From Hydrolagus colliei (Eukaryota): a stretch of 64,000 nucleotides of DNA. How positions within the stretch are numbered: the stretch's first letter is position 1; each line of letters begins with the position of its first letter. Position numbers and translations under genes: made by a program. The stretch lies in contig CM068745.1 of the NCBI GenBank assembly GCA_035084275.1, positions 15,252,001 to 15,316,000 of the forward strand. The letters run 5' to 3'. The notes beneath the pieces are model-generated. The model worked only from the letters and a program-made list of their open reading frames with translations. It ran no database searches and was not told where the DNA came from. Of the stretch, positions 1-13,785 are shown in pieces.

Positions 1-721
1 AAACTGCATAAATTTTTTTCGTTAGCTTTATTTTCAATGGAATAACCTATTAAGAAAAAAATTGCTTAGAAGGTAGGGATGTCTTGTTATTGCACCATCT
101 TTGAAGCACATGTCATGCATATATGGAACAGACTGTTTCAGAAGGCCATGGATGATGTCAACTGAGGTATTCCAAGAGTGTTAGATATATATTTGGGAAT
201 GTATGAATATTGAGCAAGAAAAGGTAGGAAGGCTCATTGGAATTAAGAACTACCATAGATTTACTGGCAGGTTCAAATGGCTACTTCTGTTCTTATGTTC
301 CATGGTGTAAGTACATGGACTAAATTTACCTTTGATACCAAACTTGTTGACAGTTGACATGTCGACCAACAAAGAAAGATTAACATAGCCTGCCAACCCA
401 ATTTACAAATGAATAAACTCAATGCACACAAGGTTAACAGACTGGATTATTGTTTATTTCTGGAAGATGAATTTATGACCATAGCAGTGCAAAAGTGCAG
501 GACACATTACTGTAAAGCTATAATACCAGCTTGCTCACATTTTGTGCTTTTGTGACATCACCTCCATGAGTGTGATTCATGGAAATACAATACCAATAAA
601 TATATGTTTTGATGTTATACTTCAGTTTGAATACCCAGTTTTAAAAGTTAAGTTTAAAAACCAAAGCACAAGTGAAGAATATTTTTCTAAAATAATCGGA
701 CAAGAAGATGGTACAAAAAAG

Positions 722-727
722 TTTATT
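722..727 (-). terminator. Candidate distal polyadenylation signal of GJA3 (implies ~3.5 kb 3' UTR)
   Basis: AATAAA on the minus strand followed by a T run; other AATAAA hexamers lie closer to the stop, so the site is not unique. Confidence 0.35.
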
Positions 728-1177
728 AGGTAACACTTTTGTAAACATTTGAGGTAAATTAACATTTACATCAATTTGCTCTTACAGAATGTGATACATA
801 AGGCACTTCTTTCGAGACAGCACTTATAACAGCTTTGTTGCTTTTGCTCCAAATCATTTAAAAGTCCGACTTCCCAGAAAGTTCTTTACATCTGGGTGTG
901 AGGTTATATCAAGTAAATAACAGAATGCTCCCATGGGCAACAAGCAGAATTTGAAGCCTCTGAGCAAGTCTTCAGCTGTTAACCCAACAGCATGAAAGAA
1001 AGCAACAAGATATTGCATTAGGAAATAATCTGTTTAATTTAAATTGCATGTACAAAATATTTGACTTCACTTATTGTGGCATTTTGGTCTAGAATGTTTA
1101 TTTGACTAGAATTTGGGATTGTATATTACCAAATAATACTAATAAATAATACCAAATAAACCACAGTCCAACTACTG

Positions 1178-1330
1178 TAATAATCCTTGCATTTGGTATA
1201 ATGCCTTTCAAGTCTGGAGGGCTTCCCAAAGCACTTCACATGATTTACTGTGAAATGGAGTGACTGTGTATTTGTGGGCCGAACCAGTAGCCAAGTTTAC
1301 ACACAGCAATGTCCCACAAACAGCTGTGAT
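1178..1330 (-). mobile_element. Old SINE body/tail in the putative GJA3 3' UTR
   Basis: Diverged copy of the SINE body and tail. Confidence 0.75.
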
Positions 1331-3743
1331 TAAAGGCCTAGTAGCATGCAGTTATCTTTTGCAAGAGAGATTAGTCTGTGGCTGTGCATTTCTCATAATC
1401 AATAAAACCATATAATTGTATACAATATATGACTTTCTTGAAATGCTGAAAATCAGTTTAATTGTACAGCACTGCCTTTTCTGTGAAGAGCCCTCGTGTT
1501 GTATTAAGACATTTCATTTTAGGTTTGATGCATACTGGCAGGGTCGTTTTCCTACAATTTATTATGCGACCAATGTAAACTCTAGTAACAGTGTTTTTTT
1601 TGCTCAGATGTGCAACTTTCAATAATGTAAACTTTCAGGATCCATAACATAGTTACAAAGATACCACACATCGTACAAGAAAAATAGGTGCAATAAGGAA
1701 CAACAGTTTTTTAAAAAAATTACACCTACAAACTGATTCCTCAATTTTTTTAGTCGTCAATAATGTTAAGGGTTTTCATAAATAATTAAGGCTATATCAA
1801 GCTAGAAAATGAAATCAATCATGGGGAAGACATTAAAGTTAGATTTTTTTAAAATCAAGGAATACATGATTTTTATTTGTTTGGGGGCCAATTATCTACT
1901 GGATTTAATCCAAGCAAGAGCTACAAGTTTTTAAAAACAATTATAGAAGAAAATTATTTTCTTATTGATGACAGCAGTTTTTTTTTGTTTCAATACATAT
2001 TCTCAATAGAACTAAATACAGGGCAACAAATAAATCAAATCTAAATGTTTATTTGTATTAGGTAATCTCAGAAAAGAAACTGCATTAACATTTCTTGCAC
2101 AAAAAGTGCAATAGAAGCATTAGCTTTTCTCTTTTGAAATATAAAGCTACCATGTATTAGAATTTGCTTTCACTTTAGCTGGGGCAATGTGAATTTGAAG
2201 CAAAGATGAAACCTGAAAGAATATTGCTAATATGTACCATGGTCTCTACATGCGCTTAATAGTTTCATTCCTGAAAAATGTAATTGCACTATGTAACTCA
2301 AAGTGCATGCCCTAGGAAGATGTCAAATTTAGAGCCTTTGCGACCTAGTGATCCTTTGGAAGGATCTACTGAAATTGTGAAGAAGCAATTGTCACTTGGA
2401 CACTTTTTTCCCCCCTAATATTAACTACAATTATGTTCTTTCTGAAACTACAGCAAAAAAATAAGTGCCCAAGCAAACAAAGTGCAACTCTCCTTTTCTC
2501 TATCTCTCATTTTGTTTTCTCTAACAATAAATGTGGGAAATACAGCATGATGCCCTAACTCTGGAAGAAAATCTATTTTTTAATCTCTGTTTGTAAATCT
2601 TAACGTATGTATTGTATTGATGACACAACTGTTTAAACTGTTCTGTTCTTCCAAATTAATCCTTAAACTGGAAATGGAGGGTATGTAAAAATGCCATGTT
2701 CTTGAAGCAACAATTGGGACCATTTCAGTTTATTGATGACATATCTTTGCAATATTTTGATAGTATACTTGACCTAAAAACTTAACAAAAAAGTAAAAAC
2801 ATTACCCTTCTATAAATACAGTTTAACCACAAACCATGCCTTTATTTTACTTCTTGGTTATTAAACTCACCTTCTGTCCTGAGGTGCCCAGATTAAAAGT
2901 GGTAGAATCCCAAATTTATCAGAGTAGGATTGTATCTACCATTACACACAAACACGCCCTCACACAAATAAACTGCAGTGCATACCCCCTTAATCTATAA
3001 CTGGTATGAGTTTTCTGTCCTGCTTGAAGTATTTAAGATAAGAAGACATTCAAATCTCTCACTTTTTTAAGCTTCCATGTACATCACCCTATAAACGTTA
3101 AGTACTTTCTAGTAATCTAACTTTTTTTAAACTTGGAGAGGTGCTCTTTTATCTTAAATGCCATATATAACCCATTACTGATTAAAGCAATGTAGGCATT
3201 AAAAAGGTGTCTTAGAAGTGGACATTAAGCAGGTATGCAATTCTTTGGTTTTCTTTTGTCACTAAGCAGTGAAATTCAAAATTCAACTACTTTTGTTGAG
3301 GCACATGGCACAGTGGAGATGGAACAAAACCAAGAAGCTAAATATTTTTACAGCTCTGTGGTAGGACTAAGTGGAATATTGTATATGTCATGCATGAAGC
3401 ATTCTGCGTGTTGTAGTTCAGCTTTAGAAACTTTACCTTCAGTGTATTAAAGAGAACTGATTACAATCACAGAGTGCATAAGTCTTGTACTAACATAAGA
3501 TGAGCGCAAAACATTCAAGGAGTTGTGTTTCTGGAGCTTACTGTAGACATCTTACCTTGGCATTCAATAATGCTTTGACATGAGATTAAAAAGTACTGTT
3601 CATCACTCAACATGTGGTAGCAGGGTTGGTAAAATTAGCTTCACTGAGAGGTGCAACCAATAATCTTGAGTCAACTGAAGGTAATGGCTACAACATGCTA
3701 AATTGCTCTGGCTCTTCGCTTATGTTATAATGATGCAATGTTT

Positions 3744-3763
3744 GGGGGGGGGGGGGGGGGGGG
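3744..3763 (+). repeat. G20 homopolymer (others: C21 9979-9999, C17 20260-20276, G25 56194-56218)
   Basis: Directly visible. Confidence 0.9.
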
Positions 3764-4199
3764 CATTTCTACTTGTTGGATTCTCGCATTTTAGTCGTTA
3801 TACTTTATCGAGTTTGTTTGGGAAATATCAAAACGATGGTAAAAATAGGCGCTTGGGTATTTTTTTTTAACGACCTGAGGCTACCTTGGGTGTGCATTTC
3901 AAAACATTTGAATTAAATTAATCGCCACCTCTTGTGAAAGCCACTAAGAAATATACAACTCCCGGATAGCATTGCTATGACAACGCATATAAATATGCAT
4001 GCCTCTCCCACCACCTCTTACTGGGTGCGGCCATTTTATTTTGTGTGTGGGTGTGTACGTGTGTCTCTTTCTTTGAACCCTGTTGAAACTGTACTGATTT
4101 AAGAGAGAAGGGTGGGAGGAAGAAGAGAAGGAGGAAGAGGAGGATGATGAGGAGGAGGTGTTGAAGGTAGCAGGGAGGCAATGGAGAGAGGTTGCTTGG

Positions 4200-4760
4200 C
4201 ACTAAACCGAGAGGTCGTCGGACCTGGCCCTGCCGCTGCTGGCTTTACTGGCTCTGCTCAGGCGTCGCGTGTCCGGGGCGGGAGGCTCGTGCATCTCAAC
4301 CGTCGTGGTCACGTGCCCGTCGCCGCGCGCCTCGCGCTGACCTTCTGGCCGCTCATTGGCCGGCGTCTGGGGCACGTGGTCTCCCTCGTGCTGCGACCGT
4401 TGTCGCTCGTGCTCCCCCCCCTCCTCTCGGCTGCGGCTCTGGCCGTTGTCGCCGCCGGCGGTTGGTTGACTTTCGCGGGTCTGTTCGGTGGCGAAGTTGG
4501 CCCAGTTCTGCTCGGCAGCCAGCTTGTTGTTGTACACCGCCGCGTAGGGCGACTTGTTATCCGGCAGGGGCGACATCTTGAACTCAACCGGCGTGGCCCC
4601 CGGGTAAGCGGGAGCTACCTCCGCCGTGTCAGCGTAGTAAGGGTAACTGAGAGTGGCCGGGGCGGTCCTGGTGACTGGTGTCTCCGGCTCGTGGTCCAGA
4701 CCGCATCGGTTGCCGACCCCCTGGCGCAGCTTTTTCCAACCCAGGTGATAGATTTCTACT
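4200..4760. promoter_or_regulatory. Intragenic CpG-island-like segment over the GJA3 C-terminal coding region
   Basis: Visibly high GC and CpG density against an AT-rich, CpG-poor background. Confidence 0.7.
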
Positions 4761-5419
4761 AGGTTCAAACAAAGGGACACGAAAGCCACCACAAGCATAA
4801 ATATGATGAAGATAGTCTTTTCCGTTGGCCGTGATATGAAGCAGTCCACGGTGTTGGGGCACGGCCACCTACTGCACTTGTAAAGCGGTCTAAGCTCAAA
4901 GCCGTACAGGATATACTGACCTACAATAAATCCAATTTCAAATATCGTTTTGAAAATAATATTGAAAATGTAGGTGCGCAGCAGTGCCCCTCGAATTCGG
5001 ATTTTGCCCTGTTCATCCCTAAAGGCAAGCTTCTTCTTCCCCTCTTTCAGCAGCAGTTCTTTGCCTCCTTGGCCTTTTCTAATTTCTTCCTCCCTGTCTT
5101 TCCTTTTCTCCTCCATGCGCACTATGTGCAGTACATGCCCCAGATATATCAACGTGGGCGTCGAGACAAATATGATCTGGAGCACCCAGAATCGTATGTG
5201 GGAGATGGGGAAAGCCTTGTCATAGCAGACGTTCTCGCAACCTGGCTGTTGGGTGTTGCAGGTGAAGTCGGACTGTTCATCTCCCCAAACCTCCTCGGCC
5301 GCAGCGCCCAGCACAAGGATCCGGAAGATGAAGAGCACAGTCAACCAGACTTTGCCGATCACGGTCGAGTGTTCCTGTGCATTTTCCAAAAGCCTTCCCA
5401 GAAAACTCCAGTCACCCAT
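4202..5419 (-). CDS. GJA3: Gap junction alpha-3 protein (connexin 46), 405 aa, single coding exon
   Basis: N-terminus [28 protein letters not shown]; connexin Cys patterns [12 protein letters not shown] and [12 protein letters not shown]; EQNWAN motif; C-terminal [20 protein letters not shown] typical of Cx46; synteny with a beta-connexin and CRYL1. Confidence 0.96.
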   Translation of the reverse strand: MGDWSFLGRLLENAQEHSTVIGKVWLTVLFIFRILVLGAAAEEVWGDEQSDFTCNTQQPGCENVCYDKAFPISHIRFWVLQIIFVSTPTLIYLGHVLHIVRMEEKRKDREEEIRKGQGGKELLLKEGKKKLAFRDEQGKIRIRGALLRTYIFNIIFKTIFEIGFIVGQYILYGFELRPLYKCSRWPCPNTVDCFISRPTEKTIFIIFMLVVAFVSLCLNLVEIYHLGWKKLRQGVGNRCGLDHEPETPVTRTAPATLSYPYYADTAEVAPAYPGATPVEFKMSPLPDNKSPYAAVYNNKLAAEQNWANFATEQTRESQPTAGGDNGQSRSREEGGEHERQRSQHEGDHVPQTPANERPEGQREARGDGHVTTTVEMHEPPAPDTRRLSRASKASSGRARSDDLSV

Positions 5420-5436
5420 TGTCTCAAGTCTCTAAC

Positions 5437-5450
5437 CTGGAAAAGCAATC
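5437..5450 (-). other. GJA3: Splice acceptor of the GJA3 coding exon (exon begins at 5436, 17 nt before the ATG)
   Basis: Minus strand gattgcttttccAG|GTTAGAGACTTGAGACAATG; usual connexin layout of a non-coding first exon plus one coding exon. Confidence 0.8.
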
Positions 5451-6196
5451 AATATATTAAAAATAATAATCGTATTAAATACTTGGGAGAACGAACTGCT
5501 CCACAAACGCGGTTAAAATGTGCACATGTAGCGGTGGTTTTGAATGTTCAACTGTAGTAGGTCTGCACAGATCAAGATTTTTATCAGTTTAAAAAAACAG
5601 TCGAGGTATGATTGGTCTCGACTAGGAACAGAGCAGCATTGTTAAATTGGCCTTAGATTTATATTACAAAGGATAATACTTGGTATAAAACATTTTACCT
5701 ATCTAAATTGCATTGAAATTTTTATATAGTTTGAACGTATCCTTGTATAAGATTCATTGGATAAGTTACCTTAATAGTAAACATACATGTTATAACATTA
5801 AAAATATCTTAAACCACGAAAATGAAGGATAGTTTGTGGATGTGTAAGAAAATCCATGTTACTGTGTTCAATAATACATGGACAAAAATTGCCGAGAGCT
5901 CATTTTGCTGCAGAATATCATAAATAGATTAGTTACCTTAACATTAGAAACAAAATATTAAATTTGCAACGCGCGAAATTACAGTAGTTTGTGGAAACCT
6001 CTCGATAGTTTTTAAATCTTATGATTTAAATCTTATTTGCTTATGAAAATATATGTATGTATTTAAATAGGTATAACATGTTTTTATTAAGCACGTTCAA
6101 AAACTGATTCTACAACTAACTGCTCGTTATCAACTGAACATATACTCCAATCAAAATTTAAAAATAGTAAAATAGAATATGTTGTAGAATAATAGT

Positions 6197-6440
6197 ACTC
6201 ACCAAAAAGGGGTTTAAAGAAAACTTGACTCAGTAATATTTGTATAAGTGACGAGATCAGATTTTTAGATAAGTGCAGACAGACGTGTTCTGGGGAGATA
6301 CGATTGAATCAGCTATGCTGCAGATGCCTGAGCAGCAACAGCCGCACGGTTCTGACATTTGTATGAACAATATTTGTACCAAAGGTCTTGATTCTGTTTG
6401 CTGACATTTTTCAGCAGTTTAAAAACTGCTGGAGGGAAAG
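6197..6440 (-). promoter_or_regulatory. Candidate proximal promoter / 5' UTR exon of GJA3 with Maf half-sites and a Sox site
   Basis: Donor GTGAGT at 6202-6197; TGCTGACattttTCAGCA at 6399-6416; inverted repeat CAGCAGTTT-aa-AAACTGCTG at 6412-6431; AACAAT at 6366-6371. Confidence 0.45.
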
Positions 6441-9400
6441 CAAATAAACTACAAACACATATCCGGGGAACGCTATTCATGTTATGCAGGTTTGGATGAG
6501 GAATTCAGTAGCTGAAACGATACGTTTGGGCTGGTGAATTTGTTATACAGTACCAGCTAATTTTTTAACATTCATCCAGTCCGTTGAGTAAAACTTTATT
6601 TGTATTTACTGTGATTTGATTTATTTTTGATATGTAAACAACCCTATACGTCAACTAATCGAGGCTGTTTTAACATCAATGAACGTGCAGGGCAATTCGG
6701 GGTGGGGGGTGTTTAAAAAGTACCAATGAAAGGTACCATATTTATTCTACATTTGATCAATGTTTCTGGTCACAGATTAACATGTTACCTTTTGTTGACT
6801 GGTGTGGATGTTAAGAATGTTTATATATAAAAGTTGTAGAGGATAGCTTTCATTATGTTTGATGGATTTACAACCAAAATAACGAAGAAGATACAGCATG
6901 TCCTATTAGCCTATTTCCGTGCAATGCGATTATCATCAACTTCCCTGTTAAATAGTATTAAAAATAGCGCATTAGTTCCACCTAAACACATTAATTTTCA
7001 CATTCAGTCTTGACAGATCTTACGATAACATATCGAAATATTTTTACATTTTTTGCGGTGTTTAACCCTACACATACACTATCATGATAGCGTGTACATA
7101 CTGTATTGTTTATTAATAATAACTTTCTGACTACATTTCAGGGATCTTATATTTCTGACTCCTTTATTTGATTTTATTATTACCCGTCTGTTCTTGTCCC
7201 TTACTTTAGGTTGGTATTTGAATTTTGTTAAATATTCAATTTTAGAAGCCCCTATAAAGGTATGGATTTGACTGGTATATTAAATGAGAACTCCACTGTG
7301 GACAACGTAAATAATACGTTTGTCAATGAACCTATAAATGTAATAACACAGAAAAGTTAATTTATTTCAGACACATTTATTTGTGAAAAAAACACTAAAA
7401 TAGTTTTATATGTTATGCGATCCTTAAACCAAAGAGAAAGACTTGCAACTATACTAACCTGAATTCACTCAATACCACATATTAAATGCAAATTGGCAAA
7501 GATGTTTAATTTGATAGATAATCAGGAAAGTCATGTGAAAAGACAAACATTTAAGCAATTAAATCTGCTGAATTGAAAACAAACGTGTTAACATGTAAGG
7601 CACATGACTTTAATTTGTCTTATTGATAACTGATTAATGCTGCTTTCAATTGGGGCAGTTTGTTCTTGCAGATTGTAAAATCTGCCTCTTTACTGTTCAC
7701 AGGATAAGAGTTTATATATTCGGCGGTACTGAATACTTGCAATAAAATTTAAATGCTATTATAATTGATTTTGATGATTCTCAGATTAGTGGAAGAGGCG
7801 CACGCACACAGAATTCGAAAAAAAAAAACATACTGTATTGAACCCCCAAATTTCGGAGAATTGAAATAAGTATTGGGCAGTTTTAGCATGAGCAAGTCAG
7901 GCAGCTACTGACAAAATACTCAGCTGAAGTGCACATATTGTTTAAGAAACTTGGATTTAAAGAATCCTGTGGCATTCTTGCATTACCACCGGCATCTCTC
8001 ATGTATATGATGGACCACATAACGTACTGTAAGTGGATAACATGATACAGATAATACCAGGGAACTAAATAGAACACAGTGAATAATCTACTAGTTTACA
8101 TTAGATATTACATTATGTGTTTCCGTAACATGGTATAACGATTAATTGCAGTCAAGTACAATGAATATTACATTGCAAATTTCGGTTCTTATGTTTTAAG
8201 AAAATAGGCATTTTTCCGTTTGTTCGGCACAGGCATAACTGATGAAAGTATTTTAAAATGTCTTTAGAACTTACATTGAATTCCTTAGCTTTTTACTTTT
8301 TTCCACATATGTCACCGGCAAGCCTATGGAAACAAGAACCAAACATACCCTATGCATAGAGTTCAGTGAGAGAATATTTCCTCGCTGGGCAATGCAAAGA
8401 AAAAAATCCATGATTTTTTTGATTTAATTAACAGTTTTAGAAAAGCGATTAGAACTAGTTTTAATTCCCTGGTTATTGCTATTTCCTAACTAACGTAATT
8501 ATTAAATGTAGTCTAAAACATTTGATTAAAATGTTATGATAATAAATATAAAACAAACGTGATGTAGTTTCTTCTGACTAAAGTTAAACAGTCAGGAAGT
8601 TTATGCATCTTTGGATGCAGTGTGTGGGCCATCATTACCAGATACATTGACAATTTATTTCATCATTTCCCTACATTAAAAAAAATACGGTTTAGCATGG
8701 CGAGAATTCAGTAGAATAACAGTTGAGGTGCCGCCCTCTGTGCATGCTTGCATCATCAGAAAATAAACTGCTGAATAAGGACACATTTAGCTTTTGTGTG
8801 GAATCAACAGGTGCCCCCCCTCCCCCTCCAGGACTGAAAAGTTGAATATATTTGCAATTATATAATTTTATAGTGGTCTTCTCTCACATTTTTACATTGT
8901 ATTTATAACTTCAATTTCATCACATAGTTTTTTCATTGGAAAGTTTAAGTTTTAATTTGTGCAGCAAAACACTTAATTTACTTCTAACATTGGTACTTAT
9001 TGCAGTTTTAATATCCATTTACTTCATATAGATTAATCACATCTCTAGTTAAAATACTACAGCAAACCTAAAGAAGAGTATAAATTGCATTAAAATACAC
9101 ACCTTAAATTGCATAAAGTAACTGGCATACAACAATTTACATTTTAAAACCCATTTTTGGTGTGGTTTATATTTTCAGCAAATCTGATACTAAGTGATCT
9201 GGGGTATGGGATCATGATTAAAGAAATATATGAAAATTTGTATTTTCCAACTGTAAATGGATTTCTGGTTTGATTTATGTTGACTGCTATTCTCTGTAAA
9301 ACTTCGCTTAAAAAAAACTATAAGTGGTATTTAGAATAATGCTAAATAGACATTTCCAGAGGCTGTTTATATTAACGTCAAGCTTAATAACGCTGAGTTC

Positions 9401-9866
9401 CAGATGCCTCATTATAAAACGTTACTCCACCCTACTCACAATTTTACGTTTATTTAGAGTAACTAGCGCAAAATAAAATATCAACGTAGAACCCACATTT
9501 ATCTCCAGTTGCTTTAACTTTGCAGGCAATCATGCCATTGTGTTTTGAACTATAGGTTAAGCAACTTTACGTTACAAACTAAAGGGAGCATTTGGTCACA
9601 TCAGGAAAGTGCTAGATCTGTACAGTCAGCGAAGCAGTTTGCAGAATCATTCTCATAAATCAATACAGTTTCTCGACCATTCGACAAGTTTATCAACTGC
9701 TGAAACATAACTTTTAGTGAAAACCCCAGTATCAAAGTGTGACATACATGAAGATTTACTATCTGTTTTATTTTTTAAAACACTCAGGAAAATTTACGTC
9801 TCCCCCTCCCCCCAAATACAGTGTGAAAACACATCTCATGAAATTGTTTCCTGATACCAAATTGTA

Positions 9867-10400
9867 TCATACCTCGAGTTGGAGGTGACAAAACGAGCTA
9901 ACTAGTAAACACATCCGGCTGTCATAGATGCCATATTTTGAGTGCGCTGGGAAAATCAAGTAGACTTGTCTAAGGTAACCCCCCCCCCCCCCCCCCCCCT
10001 AGCACCGCTGCCAGCTTACCAAACACTTCTGACCGCTGTCAGCCAGCCTATTCAAGCACAATCGCTTTCTTCACACATCGACTTTCACGCCAGTCTTGCG
10101 AGGGGGAAAAGGGAGTTTCAGAAGTAGATTGAACATGCAGCTTGGATCGCGCAAAGTTCCTGTGCACCCCCAACCATCGCCGCTGTCACATTGTGTGAGA
10201 ATGCATGGCTGAACCCAGCTTGTCACCAGGCGGAGGGCAACGCCACGCCCCTGCCACTAACAAAACTCATCACTTTGGTTACAAGACCTACATGGTTATA
10301 GCTATAGCTTCTGCAGACTTCTCCCTCTCACACAAACCCAAACACACAAGTTGTAGCCTTCCCTTTAAACACCCTTTATCTTCCACTGTGCTTTCACAAG
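9867..10400 (-). promoter_or_regulatory. Candidate distal promoter / first exon of GJA3
   Basis: Donor GAG|GTATGA at 9872-9867; locally raised GC/CpG at 9900-10260; C21 run at 9979-9999; CTGACcgctGTCAG inverted motif near 10029. Confidence 0.35.
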
Positions 10401-11465
10401 CAGTTTTGTGGGACTGCGGATAGTTCTATATCCTAGCTTTATATTCTAGTACGTCTCTTTTTTAATACTGTATCTCAGCTTCGTCCAAAATTAAAGGTAA
10501 CTTTTTTTAACCTCGATAATACAGAAATGCATGTTTGTTTGTTTTCTTTTAAAAAGTTTGAATCCCAGTCATGTTCCCTCATATAATAATTTGCGGTGGT
10601 TACTCTAAATTTTAATTGAAGCCTCCAAATGTTCTGCCTGAACCTACACCAGCAGATTAATTACAGTAAAATAACCAGGCAATGCCTTTTATATGCTTCC
10701 AAATTGATCTAGGACTATTACACCCACTACATCTGGCATTTCCGTGTACATATATCAGTCAAATGTCACTTTGGCTGATTTTGCCACGTGTAATCAAAGA
10801 ATTTGACACTAGTGGCAAAAATGGTCTGATCAGCAAAATCGCATTGAAGCGTCTGAACTGTAGTTGTGAAAGGGAACACTCTGAATATTGATATCATGTC
10901 CCAATATGTCCTTCAGTTTTATTTTCCATTGACTGTAATTTAAAGACCATTAATATGGTCACCAAAAATATAATTGCAAAATTACAATCTTAATTTTCCA
11001 TTTTAAATTAGTCTGTTTAAGCCGAAACAAACATCAACTTCTTTTCTGAATGTTTAACTTATTTAAAAACAATCAAATCTGGCAATCCCTGTTTTATCAT
11101 GTGCATTGTAAGATTCAATGGGCTAAACACACTATGCATTGCATTCCTTACTATGCACAAAGGGGAAGAAAATGGAGGAGTATTAGAGGAGGAGGATAGG
11201 GAGAAAGGTTTGATTATCCTTATATATGATAAGCATCATATCATAGTGTTTCACAAGTTATACTGTAAAGTATAGTGACTGTGCATTTTGGAGGCAATGA
11301 TCCTCAAACAGCCATGAAATGGGAGAATAACATTTTATCCAAAGGCTGGCACTTCCAACAATGTATCATACCCCCAGCACTGCATTGGAGAGTCAGCCTA
11401 TACGAGTTCAATTTAACACACTTCGGATTAGAATTTGGAGGCTCTTACGGCACATAAATAACAGC

Positions 11466-11759
11466 ATAATAATAATCCTTCCATTTGATATAGCACCTTA
11501 TCATGTCTTCTAGATGTCTCAAAGCGCTTCATAGAATATACTGTAAAGTGAATTGTATATTTGTGGGCAAAACGTGGCAGCCAATTGCGCATAAGAGTGT
11601 CCCACAAACAGTCGTGGATAGAGTGACCAAATGTTTCTTATATACTCTTGAGGGATTATTATCAGGTGTGTGGAGTAAGGAAACTTGCTCAGGGTTTCGC
11701 TCCGTCAGGTATTGAACCCAGGTCTCTCACTTCCTCTAACTGCTGAGCTACAGAACTCC
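11466..11759 (-). mobile_element. tRNA-head SINE with partial Deu domain and L2-type tail (near full length)
   Basis: Head tgtagctcag..ggttcaat; body ctgtttgtgggacac...caattggctgcc; tail aagcgctttgagac...gattattatt. Confidence 0.85.
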
Positions 11760-13488
11760 AAAGCATTGACTTTGTAATATTTTTAAACATTTCCTTCTCT
11801 GAAAATAATTTAAAATTGCTGGGTTAAATGATCTGAGCCAAAATGAATTAGGGGCATTGACATAGTTATCAGTGGCACTGAGGTAGCAATGGAAAATAAC
11901 AAGCAGGATTTCCTTTCTTTGCTTCTCAGTGATCCCTGCTGGAAAGTGCATGTGTAGATGTCAATGAACCGATTGAGCTTCACTGTGATGGACCCATTGC
12001 TGAATATCCTGTTGATGGTCACTCTCAAGGCACATCCATGAAAACTAACAATAAGGTTGGTCAATGGAACAGAAGATTAATGATGTCCAGTAGGTGTTAG
12101 CTTTACAAATTCAGTGAGTACATCTTCCTCAGAGACAAGATTGTGAGGCTTGAATTCAGAGTCTTAGTTGTCATTCCAATGCAATGCATTGTTGGAGGGT
12201 ACATTCTTTGGATAAAATGCCAAACTAGGGCCCCATGTAAGTGTTCAGATGGATATTAAAGCTCCCATTATTTGTAAAGGGAAGGGAGTTTCTCCCAATG
12301 CCCTGTCAAAAATCCTCCAGATAAATGAAATCACCCACCTCACCACGTCAACATAACCTCGCACCTCCAGAAAAAAGGCCACCATCACCATAGCACTAAT
12401 TCTTGTCACAAACTGAGCACAATTTACACTACCATGTAACTGGATAGGATCCAGCCCATGTTTTTGGCTAGTTCCACTACACATAGTATTGTTATGTACA
12501 CACAGTGTACATAAGAACATGTTTGCAGTTAATGGTGTAGAAAATATCAAATTCTGCTTTATCCTTAGATTAGAATAAAAATGTGAAGCAGAACTTTTTA
12601 ATCCACTAGATAATGCATTGATTCTAGTTTTACCTTTGCATAATGTTGTGGGAACCCAGTGAACAATTTGTATTCATCAACAGTTATCTGCTCTTGCAAG
12701 TTCTTTGTGAGCAACTTATATATATGTAGAACAAACTTAAAAATCAGGCTTTGTGTTTTTCCAAAATGCTAGGCTAAATGTGTTATCGAATCACAAAAGT
12801 GTCTTATTCAATTGTATGTATGCAATTGGCTGCCATGTTTTGCCCACAAAATATACATGGCAATTCATTTTACAATATATTCTGTCAAGTGTTTTGAGAA
12901 GTCAGGAAGACAGAATAAGACACTATATCAAATGTAAAGATTATTATTATTTATTTGATGTGCTACATACATCCTAAATTTGGGAGAGGTTTGTACCCAT
13001 TAGCAAGTTTGCCTGAACTTTTCTTCGTATTCAGGAAGTACAAGATTCCACTGATTTACCAGCCACCCTGCTATATAAATGCAATTGTATGTGGTTGTTG
13101 CTACATTCACTCTCTGAAACAAGCTGTAAACAGTAATGTGCATTTACTGTTCTTCACAGTAATTTTTTTATGATTTGCCCAGAAATTGTATAGTCAATTC
13201 ACTTTGCAGAGCATTCCGTGAGGCACTTTGATGTGTCTAGATGTGATGAGGCACTATATCAAATGTGAGGATTCTTATTATTTTAATGATTGTATTGTAA
13301 TAACAGCACCTTGGAACGTCCTCCCAATGTGAAAGGCGCTCTATCAATGTAATTTTGTTGTTGTAATGCCCCTTAAAAATTATTTGGCAATACTGTATCA
13401 CCAATATGACCATTCCTGTTGCCATATCTAATAAAATGATTATTACTCATGTTCTCATGAACACCAAATCTGATCACCAAATCATGGT

Positions 13489-13785
13489 GGAATCCTGTAG
13501 CTCATGGTTAGGGCACTTGCCTTATAAATGAGAGATCTGGGTTCAATTACAGGCAGGGCAAAACCTTGACCAAGTTTCCTTACTTCACACACCTAATAAT
13601 AATTCCTTTAAAAAAATAATGAATTGGTAATTTCAATCCACAACTGCATGTGGGACACTACTGTGTGCTGCCACATTTCACCCACATATATGTAGTCAAT
13701 TCACTTTACAGCATATTCTGTGAAGTGCTTTGAGATGTCCAAAAAAAATGTGAAAGTACTATATCAAATGTAAAGATTATTATTT
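13489..13785 (+). mobile_element. Full-length SINE, same family
   Basis: A box/B box head, body and (ATT)n tail. Confidence 0.88.

Noticed and set aside
4181-5557. Overlapping ORFs (193, 129, 162 aa, etc.) on GJA3
   Set aside because: Shadow ORFs of a GC-rich coding exon with no recognisable protein features
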